64,000 bases of DNA from Meyerozyma guilliermondii (GCA_051546255.1 CP128816.1:930001-994000); one strand, 5' to 3'. Positions 30,486-41,118 are shown, counted from the first letter of the stretch. Made by a program: numbers and translations. The notes: generated from the letters alone by a model not told the origin.

Positions 30486-31664
30486 AGCTCTGATTCAGCT
30501 CTAATGAGCAATAAATTTGCATTAATATCACAGTATCAAAAATTAAGAACAATTCGCCACGATTTTGGATACTCCGAACGTTATATATTACTTGGAAAAA
30601 AAAAGTAGATCTTTATGCATACAGCCAAACCGATCCGAGGGTGCCATTCCCCTATTTCGTGCATATCGCTTCTACATGCACAATAAAATGTTGCGACCGC
30701 ACTGCAAACCCAACATCCTTAAACCGGTACGAACCGGTACATTGCTCTCCAAGGGGTTGCGTACCTTAGATCAGATCAATGGCTATTGTTCTTGCACCGG
30801 TCGAGCCAGATGCACGCCTGTCATCAACCGCGAATTTTTGATGAATTCCGAGGGTAAGAAAAAATTTGGGTCTTGGGGACTGTGTGGCTTTTCGGGATTG
30901 GCGCTGTCTTGTCGAAAATGGAAATCCGAGGGTGAGAGATATATGCATCTCCGGTGGGAACTCCGGCATATCCGACCTGTGGCAGTGGCGGCCGAAATTG
31001 CCGGTGTGGGGTTGTGGTGCATTTCCTTTAATGCATTGCCTCCATCCGGAGATGCAGGCTACCTTTCCTAGCCTCGCTGTTTGTGGTAAGTGAGGTACTT
31101 ATTCAAAGCCTTAATACGACATCATGCACGTTTGAGACGCCACACCAAACGGGGCTCAACTACATCCTAACACCACAAAACAAAAAACCCAAACACCAAC
31201 CAGCAAAACATCCCAACACCTCGACAATACACATCCCAACACCCAGCCATTTATCGGTCATAGTATCTTTACCCCAGGTTAAATCTGCGACTGCATTAGC
31301 GATGCGCAGAGGGAGCCAAAAAAGGTGCGATTGCGGTGGGGTAGAAAAAGGCTATATAGTCGCTACAAAAAACAAAATTTACAATTCAACTACAAAATGT
31401 TTCATTCCATTGAACATCGCCAAAACGGCAACCACCAATTAGTCACTATGCAACTTTATAGTGTAGCCGCTGGCCAAGTTGCCGCGGGAGTCCCTGTGAA
31501 AAATGAAAATGTTGGGTTGCGCGAACTTCTCCTCTGAGGGGAATATAGACTGCACCATTCGGATTACAGTGGACGCAAGAGGCGGACATACTGGAATCAG
31601 ATCATCAGCATTAATTCCACCATCAATTCTAGCAATTCCACCATTTCCACTTCATTAACCAACG

Positions 31665-34013
31665 ATGTCAATTGCAAACTCAGATTTCGACATCGATATC
31701 TTGGACGATGCTCTTACCCATCCAACCATAGATTTTACTTTTCCTCTTCCCACGGATAAAGAAACCTACGTTGATGTTGAAGGCAACCAGAAATTGACCA
31801 GGAGTATGGGTCTTATGACCAATTTCATCAATTGGGCTTGGGGGATCAGGTCAGACGAAATTTACAACAAAAACGAGTATCGGTATTCAGTCAACAAGCA
31901 TACTCCCGAGTTCAATTCGCGGTTTGTCAATTATATGAACCGCCAGCTTGAACACGATGACCACAAAGTGGACGAATTGGTGTACGATTTGGTTGATCGG
32001 GAGCTTGCGCTCAAACTTATTAGTGGGTCTGAATTTCCGAAAAGGTTCAAGGAAGTCAAGGCTTTTATGGTCAAGTATTACCAGGAGCAGAACAAGAAAA
32101 ACATGCCATATTTCCGCAGTCCGTTTTTCGTCAACATGTGTTTTATTACTGTTATCACTGTGTTCCGCAAGGCGTTTCCTAATGGAGTATGGGTGAAAAA
32201 GTCCCAGTTTGAAGCACTTTTCAAAAAGTACTTGGAAGACCCCATGTCGCTTATTTATCTCCCCAACCACCAGTCGCACGTTGACTATATAATTCTCCAT
32301 CTTATCTCCATCAGATTTCAATTCTCCATCCCCACGGTGATTGCCGGGGAAAACTTGAACGCTGCCGTTTTGGGAGGCATTCTCAGAAGCTTGGGAGCCA
32401 TTTTTATCAAGCGCTCGTTCAGTAATGAGGCGTACACTGAACGCAACTTGGCTAATATCATCGAATTTGTGCTCACAAACAAGATCCATTTCGAAGTATT
32501 TATTGAGGGAACTCGCTCGCGCGACGGGAAGCTCTTGTTACCAAAATATGGTCTTCTCAAGACCTTGGTGGATATTTATATTCGCCAGCGCAACGAGCGT
32601 GGTAACCAAAAGTTCAACATGCTCATCCAGCCCATTTCCATAACCTATGAACGGATCTATGAAACTGATGGATATTTGAACGAAATGATTGGCAGCGACA
32701 AAAAGCAGGAAAGTATGCTCCGGGTGCTCCAGAATGGACTTGGAAATCTTGTGAACGGAGCGTCCAAGGACGACATGAAAAATATTGTTGCCCAAATCAA
32801 ATCCACTGGCAAGTACGATAATTCTACCAGACCGCTCCACGGTAAAATTTTCGTTAATTTGGGTGAAAATTTCACCATGTCGTCGTTTGTGGAAAACAAG
32901 GAAAATCTCACTGGCGGCCAGGTTAACCTTAAGAAATTGGGATTCCAGGTTCTTCACGAGGTGAACCGTATCAAGTATTTCCCGGAAGTTACCTTGGTAG
33001 GCGTGAGCATTCAAACCTACTACTACTTTTACAACCGCAACAAGTTCCAGGTGGCAGATGTTGTTCCCATCATGAGGGTTCTTCTTGACACATTATTGGA
33101 AGAACAGCAAATCGACTCTGCTGCCTCTAACGTCAAGATTTTGAAAGACATAAAAAACCTTTCTGATGAAAAGGTTCGAGAGCTCATAAAATTGCAGATT
33201 GTTCAGTTTTTCAGGTTCATCAAGGTGGATTGGAGACTGGAGATCATCACCATTGACTACCTGATCGAGCTTCTTTACTACAAAAATATGATCATTCACA
33301 CTGTCATTCGCCGTTGTCTTGTTCTGTACATCCTTTTGAACTTGCCTGCGATTGAACAGCGTGATGCTTCCACGGTAAAGATGCTCTACAACATCTACTG
33401 TGGAATCTTGAAAAACGAGTTTTTGTTCGACTACGATTATAATGAAAAGAACAAGTTAGAAAATGTGTTGGCGTCGTTGGTTCGTGGTGGACATATTACC
33501 GAAAACTACGAGGTGCTCAACAGAGACTATCTCATGTATTTTGCTGAAATGGTGAAGCCGTTTATCGAAGCTTATGCGTTGTGTGTGCGAACTTTAATTG
33601 ATGCCACAGAAAATTTTTACAGAAAAGTTGACAAGCCAATTACCGAAGAGCAGTTGATCAACGATGATCTTCTTAGTGGAGAGTATCCAACCACCAAAGG
33701 TCTTTTGAAAATCATCCTGACTCACAAGGATAGTCAAAGACATATTGAACTGATTAACAAGCAGTATTTGCTTTCGTGCTTGTTTTATCTTGCCAATCTC
33801 CAGCTCATTGAGATTTTTAAAAACAAGCAAAGAACAAGGGCCTTTGTGCTTATCCGCAACAAGAAGGACTTGACATTTTTGTTAGACTTTTTGACAAATT
33901 TTGCAGCCACCTCCGAGCCCGATGAAACGGGTAAAAAGTACGAACGTTCTCGCGTGGGCTACATGCAAGATATCATTGAAAAGAACTTTAAGAGAAACAC
34001 CCAGAAACTCTAG
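31665..34013 (+). CDS. GNPAT/PlsB-type glycerol-3-phosphate/DHAP acyltransferase
   Basis: PNHQSHVDY (HxxxxD), GAIFIKRSF, FIEGTRSRDGK, PISITYE blocks I-IV; ends -QKL. Confidence 0.88.
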   Translation: MSIANSDFDIDILDDALTHPTIDFTFPLPTDKETYVDVEGNQKLTRSMGLMTNFINWAWGIRSDEIYNKNEYRYSVNKHTPEFNSRFVNYMNRQLEHDDHKVDELVYDLVDRELALKLISGSEFPKRFKEVKAFMVKYYQEQNKKNMPYFRSPFFVNMCFITVITVFRKAFPNGVWVKKSQFEALFKKYLEDPMSLIYLPNHQSHVDYIILHLISIRFQFSIPTVIAGENLNAAVLGGILRSLGAIFIKRSFSNEAYTERNLANIIEFVLTNKIHFEVFIEGTRSRDGKLLLPKYGLLKTLVDIYIRQRNERGNQKFNMLIQPISITYERIYETDGYLNEMIGSDKKQESMLRVLQNGLGNLVNGASKDDMKNIVAQIKSTGKYDNSTRPLHGKIFVNLGENFTMSSFVENKENLTGGQVNLKKLGFQVLHEVNRIKYFPEVTLVGVSIQTYYYFYNRNKFQVADVVPIMRVLLDTLLEEQQIDSAASNVKILKDIKNLSDEKVRELIKLQIVQFFRFIKVDWRLEIITIDYLIELLYYKNMIIHTVIRRCLVLYILLNLPAIEQRDASTVKMLYNIYCGILKNEFLFDYDYNEKNKLENVLASLVRGGHITENYEVLNRDYLMYFAEMVKPFIEAYALCVRTLIDATENFYRKVDKPITEEQLINDDLLSGEYPTTKGLLKIILTHKDSQRHIELINKQYLLSCLFYLANLQLIEIFKNKQRTRAFVLIRNKKDLTFLLDFLTNFAATSEPDETGKKYERSRVGYMQDIIEKNFKRNTQKL

Positions 34014-34928
34014 TCATTGTTTACCATTAATACACTCTATTTATCTAATTGCTAAATCCAATAAACTGAAGCCGAAAAAAGAGGAGATTCTCGTATAAAA
34101 AGTCCAGTGAAAGTATATTTAGCAGCTCTAAAAATAACTGTAGACTATTGCATGAGAAGATGAATGACACCTTTTAGTGGTTACGAGAAGAGGTCGAGAT
34201 GGCCATTGCTGCAAGAGATGGGCATTTATGCAAGTTGTACACGATTTGTGCGCTTATGTAATCCGGGGAAGTAGCTTCATCTAGGATTAACTGTACAATT
34301 AATGCAAAATAGGCTGATTGTATCAGATGCCATGATCATATTGACGTTGACATTGAACCATTGGAAATACTAAAAAAAAACCTGCTATTAATACCACCTG
34401 TTTACTAACATACACTCTCTAAAATTAACTCTAAGCCCCACATTGGCGCAGCAGATATATGCCGGCAAGATGATGTGCACCATACAGGATTGCGGTCGGT
34501 GCACGCATCTTGAAGATTTTCATTTGGCTACTAATAGCACTTACGTTAGGGCTATGCGTCTCCAAGTCACATACGCAGAAGATAATGGCCATCAGCCACG
34601 ATAGGCTTAGTTTTTCCCTTTTTCGGTTTCGAAACACGCTGCTAAGCCAGGCGTGCGTCTACCAAATGTCATGGCCGGCTGTCTGCAGGAGCAACAATCT
34701 CCAATTCGGATAGGGGAAGTATTCAGCAATTCCACCCTTCATAAACTGCGCCCTTGCTTTCCTAAATTTTTTTTGCTTTAGATATACACTCGCCAAATCG
34801 CAAAGGAGCGTATAGTATACTTAAGTTGTTTCCCACCTTTTATCTGATTCGAGTTCCGAATTTCTAGCCGGACGAATTTTTCAAACAAAAAACAACATTT
34901 GGCCAGTGCTCACAAGTGTCCTATATTG

Positions 34929-35981
34929 ATGAAGAAGGAGGTCAAGTACATCATATGGGGCCATGTTGCCTTGGTGCTCTTTTTGGTGTGGTATACATTT
35001 GACTTGATCACGTTGCTACACGACGACTCTTTCCAAGACGCCCTCTTGGACGTGGAACTCAACCCCACAGACGGTACCGTTGACAAGCCAATGATAATAC
35101 CGAAGATCATTCATCAAACATACAAGACCACCGATATTCCTGCTGTGTGGAAGGCAGGTCAACAAGCGTGTGTCGATCTTCATCCGGATTATCAGTACAT
35201 TTTGTGGACTGACGAAATGGCTCGAGAGTTCATAGCTGAAGAGTATCCATGGTTCCTTTCCACGTGGGACCTGTACCCTTACCCCATCCAACGTGCCGAT
35301 GCTATTCGGTACTTTGCACTTGTTCATTTCGGAGGTGTATACATTGATTTGGACGACGGATGCGAAAGAAAATTGGACCCACTTCTCACGGTGCCAGCAT
35401 TTGTGCGTAAAACCCTTCCCACTGGTGTCTCCAACGATGTCATGGGCGCGGTTCCTCGTCATCCGTTCTTCCTCAAAGTCTTGGACTCGTTGAAACCATA
35501 CAAGAAGAACTGGCTTGTTCCTTATATCACCATCATGTATACTACCGGACCACTCTTCCTCTCGGTTATTTGGAAGCAATACAAACGGTGGGGAGTCCCT
35601 GAAGCCGGAAAGGTCCGTATCCTTATGCCCAAGGATTATAAAACCCACTCGTATTCATTCTTTGCCATAGCTCCGGGGTCGTCATGGCACCTCGACGATG
35701 CTAAATTTATCAAATCATTGGCTAATCATATTGGTCTTGCAGTTGCGGGTGGCTTCTTGATAGCCGGGTTCATTTTCTTCCTTGAGTTTCTCTTATACAC
35801 GGTTGTCACTTCAGGCAGTTTTAAGAAATATGCCAAGCGATTCAATGTGTTCACTTTGATCAACAATTTTCGCATTCGCCTGAGTGCCAGTCGGATCAAG
35901 AAACGGTCCAGAAAAGATTCCAACCTCCCCCCACCTATCCATATCGAAAAGGACGGCGACGTCACATCCTCTATGGTTTAA
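34929..35981 (+). CDS. SUR1: Mannosylinositol-phosphorylceramide synthase (SUR1/CSH1/MIT1, GT32)
   Basis: IPKIIHQTYK, YPIQRADAIRYF, GGVYIDLD (DxD), TGPLFLS, GSSWH. Confidence 0.92.
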   Translation: MKKEVKYIIWGHVALVLFLVWYTFDLITLLHDDSFQDALLDVELNPTDGTVDKPMIIPKIIHQTYKTTDIPAVWKAGQQACVDLHPDYQYILWTDEMAREFIAEEYPWFLSTWDLYPYPIQRADAIRYFALVHFGGVYIDLDDGCERKLDPLLTVPAFVRKTLPTGVSNDVMGAVPRHPFFLKVLDSLKPYKKNWLVPYITIMYTTGPLFLSVIWKQYKRWGVPEAGKVRILMPKDYKTHSYSFFAIAPGSSWHLDDAKFIKSLANHIGLAVAGGFLIAGFIFFLEFLLYTVVTSGSFKKYAKRFNVFTLINNFRIRLSASRIKKRSRKDSNLPPPIHIEKDGDVTSSMV

Positions 35982-36082
35982 CGAATCACGAACATGCATA
36001 TCGATTATTCTCGCCTTCCCTTTCTGTACAATATGGAATTATTCCGTGCATTTATGTACACATTATCTTTGGCTTGTCGTAG

Positions 36083-37000
36083 TCACCGTGACGCTCCCAC
36101 TTCTAACAACTTCATATTCATCCTCTTGTACCTTTCTGCGTCGTCTTTCTTTAATATTTCCTTGACTCGGTCCGTAAGTTCGGACGTAACCGTATACGCT
36201 TTCCGGCACAAATCCATCAAAACCACAGCATCTATAGGAAGTCCTCCGCTCTTGGAAACCTGAAGAATCTCTCTATTTTTGTTCAAGGTCACCACTAGCG
36301 ATCCATCTCGTACCAACTCTTCTTCATGAGTTGCATCCATTACAGCTATTTCGTCGCTCGCATCGCCCTTGACGGTTTCCTCGATATCGCTCGGATTGAA
36401 AAACGAAAAACTAACACACAACGGAACATGGAGTATACTGAGCGCCACCGGCTGTCTCTCGTCCATTGAGTGAACCACAATGGATTCTCCGTCAATAGAA
36501 ACGTCCGGTTTTCTGAAATGTTGAAGAGCCACCATTACACCCAATGCACAAGCATCAATAAGTCCACCATCAAAGTCCAAAAAATTCACGTCTGCACGCA
36601 CCGCCCATACCTTGGATCCAGCCACAATACAGAGCGATTCCAAATCAAGAGCATTTGATCGGCGGATCGCCTTCTCGACGATTCGAGACACCAACACCTC
36701 ATCGTCGGAGTTTTTTCCGTTTTCAAACTGCGGCGACGCCATGGGCGAGATCTCGGTATTTATAGTGAAGATGCCCTCGAACGGGCGGTCGTCATAAGGC
36801 TTGGCAATCTCGGCCAGAACTCGAACTGCTAGTTTTGTGTTGCCCCATTCGATTTCAACATAGCCGTATTCGGAAGGAGATAAGATTATTTTCGGGTCAC
36901 GGATCTCATCAATGCGCCTCCCGTCGCCCCGTACGCCGTGCTTGAGCGCCTCTAGCACATATCGCTCCTGGTTGAGCGAAATCTCCGTGCCCTTGGCCAT
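36083..37000 (-). CDS. RRP45: Exosome core subunit Rrp45
   Basis: RNase PH fold: RGDGR, PYDDRPFEG, EKAIRRSNALDLESLCI, HFRKPDV; ATG at 37000. Confidence 0.94.
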   Translation of the reverse strand: MAKGTEISLNQERYVLEALKHGVRGDGRRIDEIRDPKIILSPSEYGYVEIEWGNTKLAVRVLAEIAKPYDDRPFEGIFTINTEISPMASPQFENGKNSDDEVLVSRIVEKAIRRSNALDLESLCIVAGSKVWAVRADVNFLDFDGGLIDACALGVMVALQHFRKPDVSIDGESIVVHSMDERQPVALSILHVPLCVSFSFFNPSDIEETVKGDASDEIAVMDATHEEELVRDGSLVVTLNKNREILQVSKSGGLPIDAVVLMDLCRKAYTVTSELTDRVKEILKKDDAERYKRMNMKLLEVGASR

Positions 37001-37016
37001 TGCAATACAGAGCTTC

Positions 37017-37024
37017 CTCATCGC
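37017..37024 (-). promoter_or_regulatory. PAC element upstream of RRP45
   Basis: CTCATCGC (reverse of GCGATGAG) next to an rRNA-processing gene. Confidence 0.55.
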
Positions 37025-37106
37025 GACTTTTGTGGGTAGGTGAGCGCACCCGTGCACCCGCACTAAAAACTCGCACTCTGGTTTCTCCAACTTTCAGTTG
37101 CCACTT

Positions 37107-38108
37107 ATGATTCGGAACCTTGTATATTCCAGGCTCGCGGTGTCCTCTGGACGCATTCCGGGACGCCGGTTGTTGTCGGGCAATGCCCCTCCTTCGCTCT
37201 CGTTTTTCCAGCGAGAAAGATTACCGACTAACACCGTAATTAGATTTGTTCCCCAACAGACCGCTTGGATAGTGGAACGAATGGGAAAATTCAATCGTAT
37301 TCTTCCACCAGGAGTTGCGTTCTTGATACCTTTCCTCGATAAAATCACCTATGTCCAGTCATTGAAGGAATCGGCCATCGAAATCCCCAGCCAAAATGCC
37401 ATCACCGCAGACAACGTTCTGTTGGAACTCGATGGTATTCTTTACGTTAAGGTCCATGATCCATATAAGGCATCGTACGGGGTTGAGGACTTCAAGTTTG
37501 CCATCAGTCAGCTCGCGCAAACCACCATGAGATCGGAAATCGGCGCAATGACCCTCGACGCCGTGTTGAAGGAAAGACAGCAGTTGAACATCAACATCAA
37601 CCAAGCCATCAACGAGGCTGCCAAGGACCATTGGGGTGTGGAGTGTCTTCGTTACGAGATCAGAGACATCCATCCTCCCCAGAACGTGTTGGAAGCCATG
37701 CATCGCCAGGTCAGTGCTGAAAGATCCAAACGGGCCGAGATCTTGGAGTCTGAAGGTGCTAGGCAATCGAGAATCAATATTGCCGAGGGTGAAAAGCAAT
37801 CGGTGATTTTATCTTCCGAAGCTAATAAGCAAGAGCAGATCAACCGGGCAGAAGGTGAGGCCAGGTCTATTTTGTTGAAGGCTGAAGCCACTGCTGAAGG
37901 ATTAAAAAAAATCGCCCAAGCCATCAACGACACTCCAGGCGGAGACCATGCTGTCAGCTTGCAGGTTGCCCAAGACTACGTCAAGCAGTTTGGTAAGCTT
38001 GCCAAGGAGTCCAACACCGTGGTTATTCCCTCCAATATGGGCGACATGGGCTCGTGGGTGGCCAATGGTATGTCCATCTATAACAGCTTGAACAAGAAGC
38101 AAAAGTAA
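37107..38108 (+). CDS. SLP2: Stomatin-like protein 2 (SPFH/band 7), probably mitochondrial
   Basis: Arg/Ser-rich presequence, FVPQQTAWIVERMGKF, AISQLAQTTMRSEIG, AERSKRAEILESEG. Confidence 0.92.
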   Translation: MIRNLVYSRLAVSSGRIPGRRLLSGNAPPSLSFFQRERLPTNTVIRFVPQQTAWIVERMGKFNRILPPGVAFLIPFLDKITYVQSLKESAIEIPSQNAITADNVLLELDGILYVKVHDPYKASYGVEDFKFAISQLAQTTMRSEIGAMTLDAVLKERQQLNININQAINEAAKDHWGVECLRYEIRDIHPPQNVLEAMHRQVSAERSKRAEILESEGARQSRINIAEGEKQSVILSSEANKQEQINRAEGEARSILLKAEATAEGLKKIAQAINDTPGGDHAVSLQVAQDYVKQFGKLAKESNTVVIPSNMGDMGSWVANGMSIYNSLNKKQK

Positions 38109-38125
38109 ATAGCAGTACATAGCGA

Positions 38126-39079
38126 TCACGAACGCTTGAAAAATCCGTCAAGTGCACCTTTTCCAACTGCCACCTTTGCAACTTGTTTCTTTTTTGGTTT
38201 GGTTTTGCCATTGGCTTTCCCATTAAGCTTTGCATTGGCTTTCTTCGCATTGGCGGTGGAAGCAGCAACCTCGTTCATGGCTTGTTCGGCGGCATCGAGG
38301 GCCTTTTTTTTCTGCTTCAATTCCTTCATATACGCATCTAGAGGGCTGAAATCGCTTCCCATCTTCTTTATGACCAGTTCTCGAACCTTAAATGGAATGT
38401 AACAGCATACCAAATCGATGCAATGTTGCATCACTGCAAGGTTGTAAATGTCACTCGGTATTTCCAAATTGGCACTACTTGGATCATGGAGAATTTGTCT
38501 TATAGTATCGTTTATGACAAAGCTGGAGTTGCTGATCAGTTTTTCTAATTTGTTTACCTTTTCTGAAAGCATTTCAGCAGTTTTCTCGCTAGAATATTTG
38601 TAGAATGTCTCTTGGTTTTCCACCACCGTTTCACATATTTTCCCAAGGCAATTGATGATAAGAGTGTCAGATAAGTCGTTTATCCAAGGATTTTGGCTTC
38701 CAATGGTATCAAGAATATCTTGATAAGAAATATATCTTTTACTGAAGGTGTCGGACTCTGCCATGATGGTGATGAAAATGAAGCTCAAGTCAAATTTTGT
38801 AGCCATTATCATATCTGGGCTTTGCAACACAGCACCAGACTCGTCTGTCTCGATTATGAGCGATTTGACTGCTCCCCCAGTCCGCGGGAGCGTGACACTT
38901 TTATCATTTTTCAACCATGGGTTTTTTGAACCCAAATTTTTAAGCTCAAAAACTTGATTTTCTTTCACCAAAAACGATGCTACGGATTTGTTGGCCAATG
39001 GTAGCTGTATAATGTCGAGCTGAGTGCTCTCAAGCGAGGCGGGGAGCAAGAATATTCTGGTATCGCTGTGGACCAACAT
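38126..39079 (-). CDS. RNH202: Ribonuclease H2 subunit B
   Basis: GGAVKSLII...G.VLQ...TKFDLSF, ICETVVEN.ETFYKYS, C-terminal PIP-like GKGALDGFF. Confidence 0.85.
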   Translation of the reverse strand: MLVHSDTRIFLLPASLESTQLDIIQLPLANKSVASFLVKENQVFELKNLGSKNPWLKNDKSVTLPRTGGAVKSLIIETDESGAVLQSPDMIMATKFDLSFIFITIMAESDTFSKRYISYQDILDTIGSQNPWINDLSDTLIINCLGKICETVVENQETFYKYSSEKTAEMLSEKVNKLEKLISNSSFVINDTIRQILHDPSSANLEIPSDIYNLAVMQHCIDLVCCYIPFKVRELVIKKMGSDFSPLDAYMKELKQKKKALDAAEQAMNEVAASTANAKKANAKLNGKANGKTKPKKKQVAKVAVGKGALDGFFKRS

Positions 39080-39178
39080 GTAAAGACGCGAATAAATAAA
39101 ATTGAGATAGCGAAATATATGATGAAATGGTTCTATAATTGAAATTTTCTATAATGAATAATTCGTTTGAATAAATAT

Positions 39179-41086
39179 CTAGAGCCCCACCCAGGAATTT
39201 ATCAATTGCTTGATGGCGCCAATAGCTGCCATGATCACCATAACTGTTCCAAAAATACTGAAACTCAATGAGCTCATCAGCGCAGCTCGAGGGTCCACAT
39301 TAAGAAGATGAGCCGTAGCAATTGCTCCACAATTTATACCCATGGTGACGCCTCTCGTCACGAAATCTCCCTCTGGAACTCGCAAGAATTTGAACAATGT
39401 ATCGCCGATCAAAACTCCACATATACCACTGAGAATGGTGCAAACGGCCATCAACGATACTGACCCGTCCAAAGCCGTGATCAAGGGAGTACCAAGAGCG
39501 AGGGTCACAGAGCGACCTATGAAGCCAATGGCTCTCTCGGACTGGATACCGATTTTGTAGCTCACAATTGGATAAATAAAAAATGTCAAGGCGATGGAAG
39601 CGAGAATGGGAGGAACCAATACCCAAAAGTTCTTTACGAAATCACGACGATGTGTGAACATGGGAAGCGATAGTGACACAATGGAGATGTCCATCAAAGA
39701 TGAGAGCACATCGCCGCATCCCGGCCACTTTGGAGTTGCCGTAAAGTTGCTTGGGTCCATGGCATGTTCTCTGCTGTTGTCGATGACAATTCGATTGTTG
39801 AACAAGTTCAAGTAGTTTTTCCCAGTCTTGTAGTACTTCAAGTCGTCAAGAAAGCCCTTGGGCAGCCCCTTATGGTAGATCAACGAGCCAATGAAGCAAC
39901 AAAATAAAATTTCTGCTGTCAGGATCAATATCGGATGGGCTATTTTCCGTAATTGAGGCCACCGCTGGGGAATAAGAATGGCAATATAGTACGCAAGAAT
40001 GGTGAGTCCCAAGTGGTACGGAAGGAAGGTGTGGATGGACCTGATGTAGTAGAATGGTAGCGACACAATGAAAAGAAGAAGGTAGACAAACCAGTCGATA
40101 TAGTTGGTGGTGAGAATGGTGAATTTTCTCGACACGGGGTGCAAGTGGTCGTAGTTTTGTTTGACAGGAGACACTGGGGAGGGAGGAGTTAAAGACTGGG
40201 ACGGAATTGAGGCCTGAGACTGAAGGTTGTCGTTTGTCTCAAGTTCAAGTGGTCTAGGGCGATGGATTTCGGCGCCAGACTTTTTATACGACGGCGCCGG
40301 CTCCAGAATGACAGATTCTGCCACGGACGCAGCCATTGATGTGTCTTGGGTTCTGAACGGGTTCTCATCGATAGAAATACTTCGTACTTGGCGCAGTTTT
40401 GTTCGCTCCGAGCGTCCAGAACGAATACTCGTAACGTCTATGGTGGTTATATCGTCACGCATCGAGGTGAAAACGCCTCTTGTGGGCACTTGTTCAAGCT
40501 CTATGTCTTCTGCAAATTCTTCGTCTGAAGACGTAGCGGCATTTTCTGTTTCTGGAAGCAAATTAAAGAGTGCCAATACTTGCTTGAAACCCCAAATGAT
40601 GTATACGTCAAGGAAAAAGAGAGCCAAAAACCCCACCACAAACACAGCCGCTATCTTGAGGCACTCGATGAAACTTATGGGGTCTGAAAGCGGCAAAATG
40701 ATGAACGATGGAATGAAAAATACATTGATCCATTTCAAGGTAAAGTTCATCGACGGCTTGATTAATGTCAAATAATGAGTAAGCAAAGCTAACGATGTTG
40801 ACCCAACACGCTGCCGCAACGACCTCTCCGGACCCAGAAGCTGTGACAAAACATTCAAGGTGCAAAGAACCACCAAGTTGATCAACATGCCCAACACAGA
40901 ACAAGGAAACGTAATTTTGAAAACATTGGTCAAAAGCTGGTTAAGTCCATAAAGAATCATAAGCAAGATGATAATCCCCACAGGCACAACTGCATACGAA
41001 TGGAAGAGATGCCATCGACTATAATAAACTCCATGTACTAGGCCAAGGCACACATCACGAATGTAGGAAACAGAAGTAGTTTCCAT
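39179..41086 (-). CDS. LrgA/LrgB (CidA/CidB)-like fused multi-pass membrane protein
   Basis: N-terminal FPCSVLGM...FFIPSFIILP (LrgA-like); C-terminal RSVTLALG...RGVTMGINCGAIATAHLL (LrgB-like). Confidence 0.8.
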   Translation of the reverse strand: METTSVSYIRDVCLGLVHGVYYSRWHLFHSYAVVPVGIIILLMILYGLNQLLTNVFKITFPCSVLGMLINLVVLCTLNVLSQLLGPERSLRQRVGSTSLALLTHYLTLIKPSMNFTLKWINVFFIPSFIILPLSDPISFIECLKIAAVFVVGFLALFFLDVYIIWGFKQVLALFNLLPETENAATSSDEEFAEDIELEQVPTRGVFTSMRDDITTIDVTSIRSGRSERTKLRQVRSISIDENPFRTQDTSMAASVAESVILEPAPSYKKSGAEIHRPRPLELETNDNLQSQASIPSQSLTPPSPVSPVKQNYDHLHPVSRKFTILTTNYIDWFVYLLLFIVSLPFYYIRSIHTFLPYHLGLTILAYYIAILIPQRWPQLRKIAHPILILTAEILFCCFIGSLIYHKGLPKGFLDDLKYYKTGKNYLNLFNNRIVIDNSREHAMDPSNFTATPKWPGCGDVLSSLMDISIVSLSLPMFTHRRDFVKNFWVLVPPILASIALTFFIYPIVSYKIGIQSERAIGFIGRSVTLALGTPLITALDGSVSLMAVCTILSGICGVLIGDTLFKFLRVPEGDFVTRGVTMGINCGAIATAHLLNVDPRAALMSSLSFSIFGTVMVIMAAIGAIKQLINSWVGL

Positions 41087-41118
41087 AACTTGAGGAATAA
41101 GATTATGATTTAGGAGGG

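Noticed and set aside
30565..31442. 168-aa, 119-aa and smaller ORFs in the SRPK/acyltransferase intergenic region
   Set aside because: Non-ATG starts, no recognisable domain; region looks regulatory
34403..34409. Isolated TACTAAC upstream of SUR1
   Set aside because: No nearby consensus donor and no AG at the 4-5 nt spacing seen in the other introns
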